Shown in pieces: positions 29,795-39,153 of a DNA stretch of 53,455 nucleotides. Under the pieces are notes generated by a model. The model was not told the DNA's origin and did not search any database. It saw only the letters and a program-made list of their open reading frames with translations. The stretch is taken from contig JBCDAS010000001.1 of assembly GCA_039185235.1 (NCBI GenBank), positions 1 through 53,455 on the forward strand. The letters are read 5' to 3'. A program made the position numbers and the translations under genes. The number at the start of each line of letters is the position of its first letter. Within the stretch, counting starts at the first letter, position 1. This DNA comes from Pseudomonadota bacterium (lineage in GTDB: Bacteria; Pseudomonadota; Alphaproteobacteria; Rhodobacterales; Rhodobacteraceae).

Positions 29795-29878
29795 TCGCTT
29801 CTAGCGGTGCAATTTGCGCCTAGACCTTGACCCCATCGCCATTGACACCAGTGTTGTCTCCTGATCGGGAGGTTTTTG

Positions 29879-30283
29879 ATGCGGCTTTTAATCTCACTCG
29901 TAATGGCACTGATCGTAGTGCTGCCCGCCCGCGCTGGAGAGCCGGAAGACAGCATCCAAGGGGTGATCGCAGATCAGATCGCCGCCTTTCAGCGCTCAGA
30001 TCTCGAGGCAGCATTTGCCCATGCCTCGCCGACCATCCAGAAGAGATTCCAGACCCCAGGCCGGTTTGGCCAAATGGTCTCGGGCGACTATCCAATGATC
30101 TGGCGGCCTTCGCGCTGGGAGATGCTGAGCCTGGAGAATTTCAGCGGCACATTGGTCCAGATTGTTTTCTTCGAGGATCGCCAAGGCGAGCAGTTCGAAG
30201 CGGCTTACGAGATGATCCAAGTGGATGGGATCTGGCGGATCAACGGCGTCCAGTTGCGCCGTCTGCCCGGGATCACCAGCTAA
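29879..30283 (+). CDS. DUF4864-like exported protein
   Basis: Signal peptide; IQ.VI..QI.AF...D...AF..ASP.I...F, YPMIWRP, WRINGV. Confidence 0.8.
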   Translation: MRLLISLVMALIVVLPARAGEPEDSIQGVIADQIAAFQRSDLEAAFAHASPTIQKRFQTPGRFGQMVSGDYPMIWRPSRWEMLSLENFSGTLVQIVFFEDRQGEQFEAAYEMIQVDGIWRINGVQLRRLPGITS

Positions 30284-30286
30284 GGC

Positions 30287-31087
30287 TCAGAACCGGCGCC
30301 AAACGCTCACCTGGATCCCAAGTCCATCATCGGAGTTCAGGAGATCATAATTGATCCCAATCTGGATGGTGCGCGGACGCACCGGCCCTTCCGGCTTCTT
30401 GGCGTTGCGATCGATATCGGGCCAGAGGGTGTAGGCGAAGGAGGGCGCGATTTTGAACGAGGGATCGTCATCGCCCGTGGGCAAGGTCCCAAACGTGCTC
30501 ATCAGAAACAGGCAGCAGCGCCAGGGTTGGTAGCCAAGCGTCAGGTCGGCCCGGATCTCATCCTCACGATCCTCAAGAAAGAGATCATAGCCCGTCTCGA
30601 CCGAAGCAAATGCGCTGCCCCAATCGCCCCAGAGGGAATGGCCATAGAGAAGGCGCATCTCGATCTCGGGCGCGCTGTCGATACTGCTGGCATCGAAAGC
30701 ATCGCTGACGAGTTCCTCAAGCGGATGAGCATAGCCAAGTTGGGCCGAGATCAACGACGCCTCCCCTTGCCAGAGCCGCTTTCGGGCAAAAAGCCCAGCA
30801 CTCAGAGTGCCATCGGAGATGTCATTGGTTGAGATATCAGCAAAAAGCGTGGCGCCCAGGGTCAGGTCGTCGAACAGACCATATTCGACCAAAACCTGGG
30901 TGGTGTTGGAGTCCTCCTCCGACAAACCGCTGGCAAATGCGCTGACGGGCGCCACTTGACGGCCCGAGGAGAAGATGAAGAGCCCGTCGCCCTCCTCCCG
31001 CGTCCAGGCCCCCGCAGCAGCCCTATCCGGGCAAACCGCCGTCAGTAAAATCAGGAGCAAAGCTCCAACACGCAGCATCCAAACCAC
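30287..31087 (-). CDS. Hypothetical exported protein, possible outer-membrane beta-barrel
   Basis: Signal peptide, AGAWTREEG, EYGL.D.LTLG, alternating beta pattern, terminal aromatic residue (WRRF). Confidence 0.65.
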   Translation of the reverse strand: MVWMLRVGALLLILLTAVCPDRAAAGAWTREEGDGLFIFSSGRQVAPVSAFASGLSEEDSNTTQVLVEYGLFDDLTLGATLFADISTNDISDGTLSAGLFARKRLWQGEASLISAQLGYAHPLEELVSDAFDASSIDSAPEIEMRLLYGHSLWGDWGSAFASVETGYDLFLEDREDEIRADLTLGYQPWRCCLFLMSTFGTLPTGDDDPSFKIAPSFAYTLWPDIDRNAKKPEGPVRPRTIQIGINYDLLNSDDGLGIQVSVWRRF

Positions 31088-31198
31088 CCGAGCCTGTAAC
31101 TGATTTGGTTAACATCGCCGAGGACCCTTAACGTTCCGTTTACTTTAGTGAAGGCTCCGTTACCATCATCACTTCGCGTTGTGCAGGAGGCCGCTGGA

Positions 31199-32593
31199 AT
31201 GGTTGAGCTTTGGAAACTTTCCGCAGCCGAGACAGCTGAGCGGGTCCGTGCCCGCGAGATCAGCGCTCGCGACGTCACGCAAGCAGCGCTCACCCGCATC
31301 AATGCGGTCAACCCGGCGCTCAACGCCATCGTTCAACGCGCAGATGAACAAGCGATGGCGATGGCAGATGCGATCGACATTGCGGTCTCCTCAGGGGTCG
31401 ATCCAGGCCCGCTCGCAGGCGTTCCAGTGACGACGAAGGTCAATGTTGACCAAGAGGGCTTTGCCACCACAAACGGCCTTCGGATCCAAAAGGATCTCAT
31501 TGCGCATGAGGACAATCCGGTCGTCGCAAATCTCCGCAAAGCTGGTGCTGTGATTGTGGGGCGCACCAATACGCCGGCTTTCTCGCTCCGTTGGTTCTGC
31601 CGGAATTCGCTGCATGGTCAGACGCTGAACCCGCATGGCGCTGGCATCACGCCCGGAGGGTCTTCAGGCGGGGCCGCCGCTGCCGTGGCATCAGGCATGG
31701 GCGCGATTGGGCATGGGACAGATATTGGCGGGTCGGTCCGCTATCCCGCCTATGCCTGCGGCCTGCACGGTCTGCGCCCGACCCTGGGTCGGATACCGGC
31801 CATCAACTTCACGGCCCCCGATCGTCTGATCGGCGGACAATTGATGGCGGTTTCTGGCCCAATCGCGCGCAGCATCCGGGACATCGAGCTCGCACTCCAG
31901 GCCATGTCGGCCGGTGATCCACGAGATCCTTGGTGGGCGCCTGTCCCGCTGGACCTGCCACCGGTTCCGAAACGCGCGACGCTCACCATCGCGCCCGAAG
32001 GTATGGCGGTCGCCCCCGAGATTGCGGATCAACTGCGTTGGGCCGCGGCTGAGCTGGCGACGGCTGGCTGGACCATCGAGGAGCGGCCTTGTCCGCCCCT
32101 GCGCGAACCCGCCGACCTGCAAGCGATCCTCTGGCTGGCGGAGATGCGCCGCAGCGGCGCCAAGATGATCGAGGATGAGGCCGATCCCGATGCCAGCTTA
32201 ATCTATCACGAGATGGCCGCTCGCTGCCCGGAGCCGGATCTCAACCGGGTTCTCGACACATTTCAACGCCGGGCGGCCCTCCTGCGAGAATGGGAGCTCT
32301 TTTTTGCCCAGACGCCCCTATTGATCTGCCCGATCTCGGGCGAGCTGCCTTTCGACAACAATTGCGATGTTTCAAGCCCCGCACGATTTGCCGAGGTTAT
32401 GGAGGCACAGCTCACCCAGATCGGGCTGCCGCTTATGGGCCTCCCGGGTTTGGCAGTCGCGACGGGCAAAGCGCAGAACCGACCCATCGGCGTACAATTG
32501 GTCGCCGGGCGCTATCGCGAAGATGTTTTGCTCCAGGCAGGCGCAATCCTGGAAGCCGCAACCACCCCGCCTCAGATTGTCGATCCCGCCTAA
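31199..32593 (+). CDS. Amidase signature family protein
   Basis: GVPVTTK, GRTNTP, PGGSSGG, GTDIGGSVRYPA. Confidence 0.93.
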   Translation: MVELWKLSAAETAERVRAREISARDVTQAALTRINAVNPALNAIVQRADEQAMAMADAIDIAVSSGVDPGPLAGVPVTTKVNVDQEGFATTNGLRIQKDLIAHEDNPVVANLRKAGAVIVGRTNTPAFSLRWFCRNSLHGQTLNPHGAGITPGGSSGGAAAAVASGMGAIGHGTDIGGSVRYPAYACGLHGLRPTLGRIPAINFTAPDRLIGGQLMAVSGPIARSIRDIELALQAMSAGDPRDPWWAPVPLDLPPVPKRATLTIAPEGMAVAPEIADQLRWAAAELATAGWTIEERPCPPLREPADLQAILWLAEMRRSGAKMIEDEADPDASLIYHEMAARCPEPDLNRVLDTFQRRAALLREWELFFAQTPLLICPISGELPFDNNCDVSSPARFAEVMEAQLTQIGLPLMGLPGLAVATGKAQNRPIGVQLVAGRYREDVLLQAGAILEAATTPPQIVDPA

Positions 32594-32602
32594 GACAGCT
32601 GC

Positions 32603-32631
32603 TTGCCATTCGCGAACCTTGCGCCTATAAG
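32603..32631 (+). promoter_or_regulatory. Sigma70-type promoter of rpmI-rplT
   Basis: TTGCCA-N17-TATAAG about 80 nt upstream of rpmI. Confidence 0.6.
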
Positions 32632-32708
32632 GCGCGCTCCGATCTGGAGGGTCGGCCGAAAGGGCTGCCGTATCCTCCTTAAACACGTTCTTTGAACAGG
32701 AGACGAAA

Positions 32709-32906
32709 ATGCCCAAGATGAAGACCAAGTCGGGCGCCAAAAAGCGCTTCAAGGTCACTGCCTCGGGCCGCGTGAAGGTCCAGCAGTCCGGCAAACGCCA
32801 CGGGATGATCAAACGGTCGAACAAATTTATCCGCCAAGCCCGCGGCACCACTGTCCTCAGCAAGCCTGACGAGAAGATCGTCAAGCAGTTCTTGCCCTAC
32901 GCCTAA
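32709..32906 (+). CDS. rpmI: 50S ribosomal protein L35
   Basis: [20 protein letters not shown]...LPYA; AGGAG RBS. Confidence 0.98.
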   Translation: MPKMKTKSGAKKRFKVTASGRVKVQQSGKRHGMIKRSNKFIRQARGTTVLSKPDEKIVKQFLPYA

Positions 32907-32918
32907 GGAGGAGCCGAT

Positions 32919-33281
32919 ATGCCACGTGTAAAAGGCGGCCCGGCCTCTGCCGCGCGTCATAAGAACGTCCTGAAGAAAGCCAAAGGCCATTACGGTGCGC
33001 GCTCGCGGTCCTTCCGCGTCGCAACCCAATCGGTCGATAAGGCAATGGAATATGCGACCCGCGATCGCAAGCGGCGCAAGCGGACTTTCCGCGCGCTCTG
33101 GATTCAGCGGATCAACGCAGCGGTGCGCGCCCATGATGAGAGCTTGAGCTACTCGCGCTTCATCGACGGGTTGACAAAATCGGGGATCGAGGTCGATCGC
33201 AAAGTGCTGGCGGAGCTCGCCGTGCATGAGCCAGACAGCTTCAATGCCATTGTCGACAAGGCCAAAGCGGCGCTGGCGTAG
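32919..33281 (+). CDS. rplT: 50S ribosomal protein L20
   Basis: [36 protein letters not shown]. Confidence 0.98.
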   Translation: MPRVKGGPASAARHKNVLKKAKGHYGARSRSFRVATQSVDKAMEYATRDRKRRKRTFRALWIQRINAAVRAHDESLSYSRFIDGLTKSGIEVDRKVLAELAVHEPDSFNAIVDKAKAALA

Positions 33282-33294
33282 GCCGCACCCGCCC

Positions 33295-33323
33295 TTGCCA
33301 CAGAGCCGGCCGCCCGGTATAGA
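33295..33323 (+). promoter_or_regulatory. Sigma70-type promoter of rpmJ
   Basis: TTGCCA-N17-TATAGA, same architecture as the rpmI promoter. Confidence 0.6.
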
Positions 33324-33379
33324 GCGGCCTTCGAATTTCAACCCCGACCAAGAGGTTGGGCCAACAAGAGGCTAGATCG

Positions 33380-33505
33380 ATGAAGGTCAAGAACTCGCTG
33401 CGCTCGCTGAAAAGCCGCCACCGCGACTGCCGCATCGTGCGTCGCAAAGGCCGCGTCTATGTGATCAACAAGACCCAGCGCCGCTTCAAAGCCCGCCAGG
33501 GCTGA
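33380..33505 (+). CDS. rpmJ: 50S ribosomal protein L36, type B (Zn-ribbon-less)
   Basis: Translated by hand: [41 protein letters not shown] (41 aa); too short for the ORF track. Confidence 0.97.
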   Translation: MKVKNSLRSLKSRHRDCRIVRRKGRVYVINKTQRRFKARQG

Positions 33506-33528
33506 TCCAAAGTAAATCGCAAAATGCG

Positions 33529-33553
33529 CCCGGCCCTATGGGCCGGGTTTTTT
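33529..33553 (+). terminator. Rho-independent terminator after rpmJ
   Basis: CCCGGCCC-TAT-GGGCCGGG followed by TTTTTT. Confidence 0.88.
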
Positions 33554-33642
33554 GTCGGTAACTTTACAATTTTGACAAGTTAAGAAACGCGCAACCGCCT
33601 CTTCCTAGCGAATTGTCCTGCAATTGGTTGAGGAGAAGCCCC

Positions 33643-35382
33643 ATGCAGGTTGCAGGCTTGGTTGTATTCGAAAGACAAGAGCGGGAATTCATTTCGGATT
33701 TTGCTCGCAGATTGGCGGCCTATGTCGCAGACCGCTACGGCGCGACAATCGCATGCCAGATCGCCGGCAAATCGCTGCTCTTCTCGACCGATAACTGTGT
33801 GACCGGGGAAACCGCGAGGGGCCGCTTCGCGCTCTCTGGCTACAACACAGCGCCCGATCGATCAGAACTCTGCGGTTTTGTCGAGCGCGCCCAGTCCTGC
33901 ACGGAGCCCTCGTTTGAAGTCACCAACTCGATCGGCGGGCTGTTCTCGATCTTCGCTTTGACGGCCGAGGGGGGTGTGGCGTTGCGCTCGAAGCCCGCTT
34001 GCTCAGGGGTCTATTACGGGCAGACACCCGGCATGCTCGTGGCCTGCAATCGCCCTGGTCTCGCGGCCGCGATCCTCGAGAGCGAGATCGACCCCAGCTA
34101 TCTCGATTGGCTGATCGCGACCGGGTTTCCCCTCGATGACACCACGCCATTTTGTGGTGTACGCGCGGTGCTGGGCCATCAGGCGCTCCGCGTCCGGCAC
34201 GACCGGCTGGAACTCATCGGCTATACGCTGACTGGCCAGGGCGCACGATGCCAGGGCGAGAGTGAAACCCAAAGCCGCCATGAAGACTTCGAGCAAGAGA
34301 TGTTGCGCGCCTGCGGAGCCGTCTCGCAGTTCAACGAGGTCGAACTGCGCCTCAGCGGCGGCAAAGACAGCCGCCTGATCGCGGCTGCTATTGCTCATCA
34401 AGGCCTCTCGGTGCCCTGTCGCACGAGAGGCCAAAGCGAGGATGCAGATCTCGCCGAACAAGTCGCGCAGATCGCAGGCTTTCCAATCCAAAGGGAGGTC
34501 GTTCAACACCGGGCCACAAACCCTGAGGACTTCCAGCAACAAAGCCTCGATGCACTCGGCTGGAGCGACGGGCTGATCGAATTTGAGACCCATGTCGCCT
34601 ATGAGAAGCCAATCGGTCATTCTCCATCGACCGATGGGATCCTCTTTGGCCACAGCCATCTGCAGAAAGGTGCATTTGCCAAGAACATGCAAGGCACCTC
34701 GCCCGATCGCGCCCAGGAAATCTTGCGGGACAGCTATATTCCGAAAGACATTCGAACCGAGCACCGGGCGCGTTTCCTGGCCCCAATCGCCCATCATTTC
34801 GATCCCAAGCTCTATGAAGCCCCGATCGACATGCTCTTCGAGCCTTATGCGATCTACCGGATCGGCCGCTATATCGAGCCGCTTTATCTCAAGCTTTCCC
34901 GCTTTATGGTGCCGCTCTTTCCGCTGGATGATGAGCGCTTCTTTCTGGCGTGCTCGCGGATGAACCGCCACCATAGAACTCGAGAGATCGCCTGCCACGC
35001 AGCGCTGCAAAGCTTTGCGCCAGAGATGCTCGCCATACCCTTCTTCCAAGATAAATGGCGGTTCGAGCCGCTATCGGCGATGCCAAAACCGCTGCCACCC
35101 AGCGGCGGGAAACCAAACTTCCGGCAGATCCCCGTTGAGTTCATCCAATTCGCCCGCGCAGCGCTCCGCGGAACGAATATACTCGAGCGGAGCATCGATC
35201 TGCTCGAGGACAACTTTCTGGCAACCTGCGGATTGCATCCAAAGATGTCATCCAACGAGCGGCCAACCCATGCGCGCCTCGCCCGCAAAACCGTCCTGCG
35301 CCTCTACTTGTTGCATCTGCTGGAGACAGAGTTCGACGTGGGCAGGCTGCCCGCAAGCGCCCCTGCCCAGAGCGCTGCTTAG
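33643..35382 (+). CDS. Asparagine-synthetase-like (AsnB-fold) protein
   Basis: GGLFS, VYYG, LVACNRP, TPFCGVRAV (degenerate GATase-II-like N-domain) and LSGGKDSR ATP-pyrophosphatase motif. Confidence 0.7.
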   Translation: MQVAGLVVFERQEREFISDFARRLAAYVADRYGATIACQIAGKSLLFSTDNCVTGETARGRFALSGYNTAPDRSELCGFVERAQSCTEPSFEVTNSIGGLFSIFALTAEGGVALRSKPACSGVYYGQTPGMLVACNRPGLAAAILESEIDPSYLDWLIATGFPLDDTTPFCGVRAVLGHQALRVRHDRLELIGYTLTGQGARCQGESETQSRHEDFEQEMLRACGAVSQFNEVELRLSGGKDSRLIAAAIAHQGLSVPCRTRGQSEDADLAEQVAQIAGFPIQREVVQHRATNPEDFQQQSLDALGWSDGLIEFETHVAYEKPIGHSPSTDGILFGHSHLQKGAFAKNMQGTSPDRAQEILRDSYIPKDIRTEHRARFLAPIAHHFDPKLYEAPIDMLFEPYAIYRIGRYIEPLYLKLSRFMVPLFPLDDERFFLACSRMNRHHRTREIACHAALQSFAPEMLAIPFFQDKWRFEPLSAMPKPLPPSGGKPNFRQIPVEFIQFARAALRGTNILERSIDLLEDNFLATCGLHPKMSSNERPTHARLARKTVLRLYLLHLLETEFDVGRLPASAPAQSAA

Positions 35383-35391
35383 AGGCCCGCC

Positions 35392-36612
35392 TCAGTCAAA
35401 GCTCCGCACATCATCAATGACCTTGCCATCATTGGGCAATGCCTCCTCAGAGCGCGCGGCGGTGCCCCGCAGCTTCAGCACATCGCGCATCGCAGCTTCG
35501 ACATCGCTGGGCTCCGCGTGACCCTGATAAGTCAGATGCATCACATCGGCCTCGCCCTCACGATCGACGGTTAGCCGCGCCTTGGCCAGATCCAAGCGCC
35601 GGGTGATCTCGGCGACTTGTTCCGGGCGAACAAACATGCCCTTCACCTTGGTTGTCTGATCCGCCCGGCCCATCCAGCCTTTGATCCGCATATTGGTGCG
35701 GCCACAAGGGCTCTGACCTGGCAAGATCGCCGAGAGATCACCGGTCGCAAAGCGGATCAGCGGGTAATCGGCATTCAAGACCGTGACCAGCACTTCGCCA
35801 ACCTCGCCCTCGGCCACTGGATCCCCTGTGCCGGGGCGCACGATCTCCAGGATCACGCCCTCATCCACCACCATCCCAGGGTTGGGACCATCCGGCCCAG
35901 GCGTCTCGTACGAGATCAGGCCCAGATCCGCCGTGCCATAGCATTGCAGGCAGGCAATCCCGCGATCCGCATAGGACTGCCGGAGCGACGGAAACAACGG
36001 CCCGCCCGAGACCAGCGCGGTTTTGATGTTGAGCGCCTTGCCCAGCTCCGCGGCTTTCTCCAGCATCACGTTGAGAAAGTCAGGCGTGCCGATATAGGCC
36101 GTCGCGCCAAGATCCGAGGCCGCCATGACCTGCGCCTCGGTGTTGCCAACGCCGCCCGGTATCACATTGCAGCCGAGCGCTTTTGCACCGCTCTCCAGCA
36201 TATGTCCCGCCGGGGTCAGATGATAGGCAAAGCTGTTATGGATCACATCGCTCGGCCCGATACCCGCCGCCCTCAACGCGCGGGCAAAGCGCCACCAATC
36301 GGGCGTGTCCATCCCAGGCTCATAAATCGGCCCGGGTGATTGGAACAGCCAAGTGAACTCGGCTGCCGGCCGGGTCGTCAGCCCGCCGAACGGAGGTTGC
36401 GCCGCCTGCATCTCCATCAGCGCCGATTTGCGCAGAACCGGCAGGGCCGCGAGTTCAACCCGGCCTGTCACCGAGCCAGGCTCCACATCCTGCAAATGCG
36501 CCGCCAGTCCAGGTGCCCGGGCCAAAGCATCCGCAATCTGCGCCTGCAATCGATCGAAGAGGTCAGCCTCCCGCTCCTCTGGCGCGCGGGTTTCGAGCAT
36601 CGGATCTGTCAT
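35392..36612 (-). CDS. Phenylacetate-CoA-ligase family adenylate-forming enzyme
   Basis: FQSPGP, YHLTPAG, QCYGTAD, YPLIRFATGD, GRAD..KVKG.FV.P. Confidence 0.88.
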   Translation of the reverse strand: MTDPMLETRAPEEREADLFDRLQAQIADALARAPGLAAHLQDVEPGSVTGRVELAALPVLRKSALMEMQAAQPPFGGLTTRPAAEFTWLFQSPGPIYEPGMDTPDWWRFARALRAAGIGPSDVIHNSFAYHLTPAGHMLESGAKALGCNVIPGGVGNTEAQVMAASDLGATAYIGTPDFLNVMLEKAAELGKALNIKTALVSGGPLFPSLRQSYADRGIACLQCYGTADLGLISYETPGPDGPNPGMVVDEGVILEIVRPGTGDPVAEGEVGEVLVTVLNADYPLIRFATGDLSAILPGQSPCGRTNMRIKGWMGRADQTTKVKGMFVRPEQVAEITRRLDLAKARLTVDREGEADVMHLTYQGHAEPSDVEAAMRDVLKLRGTAARSEEALPNDGKVIDDVRSFD

Positions 36613-36727
36613 GTGTCCCCCTGGAGCGTCGTTATCACAATCACGCTACCTGATCTCTTCGGGTATCGGAATGGCTGGCAGTGAGGTATTTTAAGCATCC
36701 TCGCATTCACCCTTCAGAGGTTCCCCC

Positions 36728-37174
36728 ATGACCCGACTTCTCCTCGCATCCGCCCTGTTCCTGGCAAGCGCTGTCACAGCCCAGGCCGATATGATCATGA
36801 AACCCAGCGCCCATTCGGTGCCTGTGACAATCGACCGGCTCACAGCCGCGGTCGAGAAAGCTGGCGCGAAGGTTTTTGCCCGGATCGACCATGCGGCAGG
36901 GGCTGCGAAAGTTGGCGCTGAGCTTGCACCAAACCAGATGCTTATGTTCGGAAACCCGAAACTTGGCACACCGGCGATGCAAGCCTCGGCCACGATGGGC
37001 ATGGATCTGCCGCTCCGAGTGGTCGCTTTCGAGGACGCCTCCGGCAAGGTCATGATCGCCTATCACGATCCCGCCGATGTGGCAGCGCTCCATGGTCTGC
37101 CCGCTGATCATCCCGTGATTGGCAAAATGCAAGGCGCTTTGATGAAACTGACCAATGCCGCGGCTGGCGAATAA
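36728..37174 (+). CDS. DUF302-domain exported protein
   Basis: Signal peptide; FARIDHAAGA, FGNPKLGTPAMQ, DLPLRV. Confidence 0.9.
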   Translation: MTRLLLASALFLASAVTAQADMIMKPSAHSVPVTIDRLTAAVEKAGAKVFARIDHAAGAAKVGAELAPNQMLMFGNPKLGTPAMQASATMGMDLPLRVVAFEDASGKVMIAYHDPADVAALHGLPADHPVIGKMQGALMKLTNAAAGE

Positions 37175-37265
37175 GCGCTGCGCGCCGCGCGCGGGTGGGT
37201 GGGCGACCCCGGCGTCCTGGCACCCGCGCGAAACCCGGTGGGGAGCGCGCGGCGCGCGGCGCTTA
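37172..37265. repeat. 94-bp palindromic element with 21-bp inverted arms
   Basis: TAAGCGCTGCGCGCCGCGCGC (37172-37192) versus GCGCGCGGCGCGCGGCGCTTA (37245-37265): 20/21 complementary, the mismatch being a G-T pair. Confidence 0.75.
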
Positions 37266-37985
37266 ACCCGCCAAAAGCGCCAAGGCTTCCGGCAAATCGA
37301 TCGCCCCGTCATAAAGCGCCCGGCCTGAGATCACGCCGTTCAAAGCCGCCCCACAGGTCTTCAACGCGGCCAAATCGCCCAAGGAAGACACCCCTCCTGA
37401 TGCGATCACCGGGATCGAAACAGCTGTTGCCAAAGCCGCTGTTGCCGGAACATTCGGACCCTGCATCGCACCATCACGGTCGATATCTGTGTAGATCAAC
37501 GCAGCCACGCCCGCGTCCTCGAACCGTCTCGCAAGATCGATGGCCGCGAGATCCGTCGTCTCCGCCCAGCCCTCGACCGCAACGCGCCCGCCACGCGCAT
37601 CGATCCCGACCGCCACTTGCCCGGGGAAAAGCCGCGCCGCCGCGCGTACCAGCTCTGGATCACGGACCGCGGCGGTTCCCAGGATCACCCGCGCCAAGCC
37701 ACGCGAGAGCCAGCCCTCGATCGTTGCAAGATCCCTTATCCCACCACCGAGTTGAACGGGCAGGTCCACCGCCTGCAAAATGCCTTCGACGGCCTCTGCG
37801 TTCACAGGCACCCCGGCAAACGCGCCATTTAGATCCACCAGATGGAGCCATTCGCATCCCGCCTCGGCAAAGGCGCGCGCCTGAGCGGCCGGGTCATCAT
37901 TGAACACTGTTGCATCCGACATCTCACCCCGGAGAAGCCTTACACATTGCCCGTCTTTCAGGTCGATCGCTGGATAGAGAATCAT
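37263..37985 (-). CDS. hisA: ProFAR isomerase HisA
   Basis: [39 protein letters not shown]...GPN, ASGG, GRALY. Confidence 0.97.
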   Translation of the reverse strand: MILYPAIDLKDGQCVRLLRGEMSDATVFNDDPAAQARAFAEAGCEWLHLVDLNGAFAGVPVNAEAVEGILQAVDLPVQLGGGIRDLATIEGWLSRGLARVILGTAAVRDPELVRAAARLFPGQVAVGIDARGGRVAVEGWAETTDLAAIDLARRFEDAGVAALIYTDIDRDGAMQGPNVPATAALATAVSIPVIASGGVSSLGDLAALKTCGAALNGVISGRALYDGAIDLPEALALLAG

Positions 37986-38125
37986 CGTCGCGCGGGTTTA
38001 CTCACGCAGCCCCGCCTTTGCAAACAATGGCCCTTTCCTAGGCGCCCCTTACCCCTTCACGTAAAATTTGTTTCCGCAAGCCAGAGCGATGTGAGATCGT
38101 CAAGCATGTAGGGAAGGAGACTGCG

Positions 38126-38584
38126 ATGAAGAAACTGTTCTTCGCAGCTGCCTTTGCGCTCGGGGGAACGGGCGCGATGGCAGCACAAGGTGAGCCGATC
38201 GAGGTCACCGGAGAGATCATCGACACTTGGTGCTATTTTTCAGGGGTCATGGGCAGCCCGGAATCCGTTGTAGGCTCGGCCCATCACACCTGTGCGATGT
38301 GGTGTGCTGCGGGCGGCATCCCGGTCGGCATGCTGACTGAGGACGGCACGGTCTATATGGTCGTGAAATGGGAAGGCAGCGCTGACGTCGCCAACGGCAC
38401 GGCGCTGCTCGACGTCCAATCGCACACGATCAAGGCAAAGGGCACAGCCTTTGAACGCGACGGGATCAACTACATCTTCGTCGAAGAAGTGCTCGAAGAT
38501 CGCGGCATCACCAACGTGAACCACGAAGACTTCGGCTTTGTGCCCGGCTTCACAGTGCCGACAGCAGTCCAGGAGGCTCAGTGA
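38126..38584 (+). CDS. Exported hypothetical protein with a DxxC...HHxCxxxC motif
   Basis: Signal peptide; GEIIDTWCY...HHTCAMWCAAGGIPVG; AGGAG RBS. Confidence 0.8.
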   Translation: MKKLFFAAAFALGGTGAMAAQGEPIEVTGEIIDTWCYFSGVMGSPESVVGSAHHTCAMWCAAGGIPVGMLTEDGTVYMVVKWEGSADVANGTALLDVQSHTIKAKGTAFERDGINYIFVEEVLEDRGITNVNHEDFGFVPGFTVPTAVQEAQ

Positions 38585-39153
38585 CCATGAAACGCCTGCT
38601 CCTCGCTGCGGCCCTGCTGGCCGCTCCTGCCCATGCTGCTGATTTCTCAGACGGCTCAAAAGCGCGGAACTGGAACCTTTTGGGAGAGAATTTGGCGACG
38701 TTCAGCGCCAAGGTGACCGATGCGGTCTGTGCCCTCTCTGGCGACTGCCCACCCGATTGCGGCGCCGGGAAACGCCAGATGGTGCTGTTGCGCGAAGCGG
38801 ATGACAAAATGCTGATCGTCTCAAAGAACGGTCAAACCGCCTTCCAAGGCGGGACCTGGGACCTCGCGCCGCTTTGCGGTCAGACCGTAACGGTCGACGG
38901 GCTTTTGGTTGGCGAAGATCCAAAGCTCGCCAGCCAGATCTACCAAGTCCAACTGATCAGTGTCGATGGGGGCGAGTTCGTCAAGGCCAACGGGTTCAAT
39001 GGCCCTTGGAAGGCGCGCAACCCGGATGCAGCTGGAAAGGGTCCATGGTTCCGCCGCGACCCGCATATCCAGAAGCTCATCGAAGAAGAAGGTTTTCTCG
39101 GGCTCGGGCTTGAAACCGATGCCGCTTTCCTCAAGGAGGAGTACGGCGAGTGA
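38581..39153 (+). CDS. Exported hypothetical protein with a DxxC...CxxxC motif
   Basis: Signal peptide; VTDAVCALSGDCPPDCGAG; GTGA overlaps at both ends. Confidence 0.8.
   Translation: MTMKRLLLAAALLAAPAHAADFSDGSKARNWNLLGENLATFSAKVTDAVCALSGDCPPDCGAGKRQMVLLREADDKMLIVSKNGQTAFQGGTWDLAPLCGQTVTVDGLLVGEDPKLASQIYQVQLISVDGGEFVKANGFNGPWKARNPDAAGKGPWFRRDPHIQKLIEEEGFLGLGLETDAAFLKEEYGE

Noticed and set aside
31128-31143. Second CtrA box (TTAA-CGTTCCG-TTTAC)
   Set aside because: One mismatch in the second half-site and no supporting context, so too weak to call.
33506-33642. Lasso-peptide precursor for the AsnB-like enzyme
   Set aside because: No suitable short ORF with leader and core features and no B1/B2 peptidase gene nearby. 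The only small ORF is rpmJ.
37263-37985. hisA separated from other his genes as a sign of transfer
   Set aside because: his genes are often dispersed in Alphaproteobacteria and the composition is host-like.
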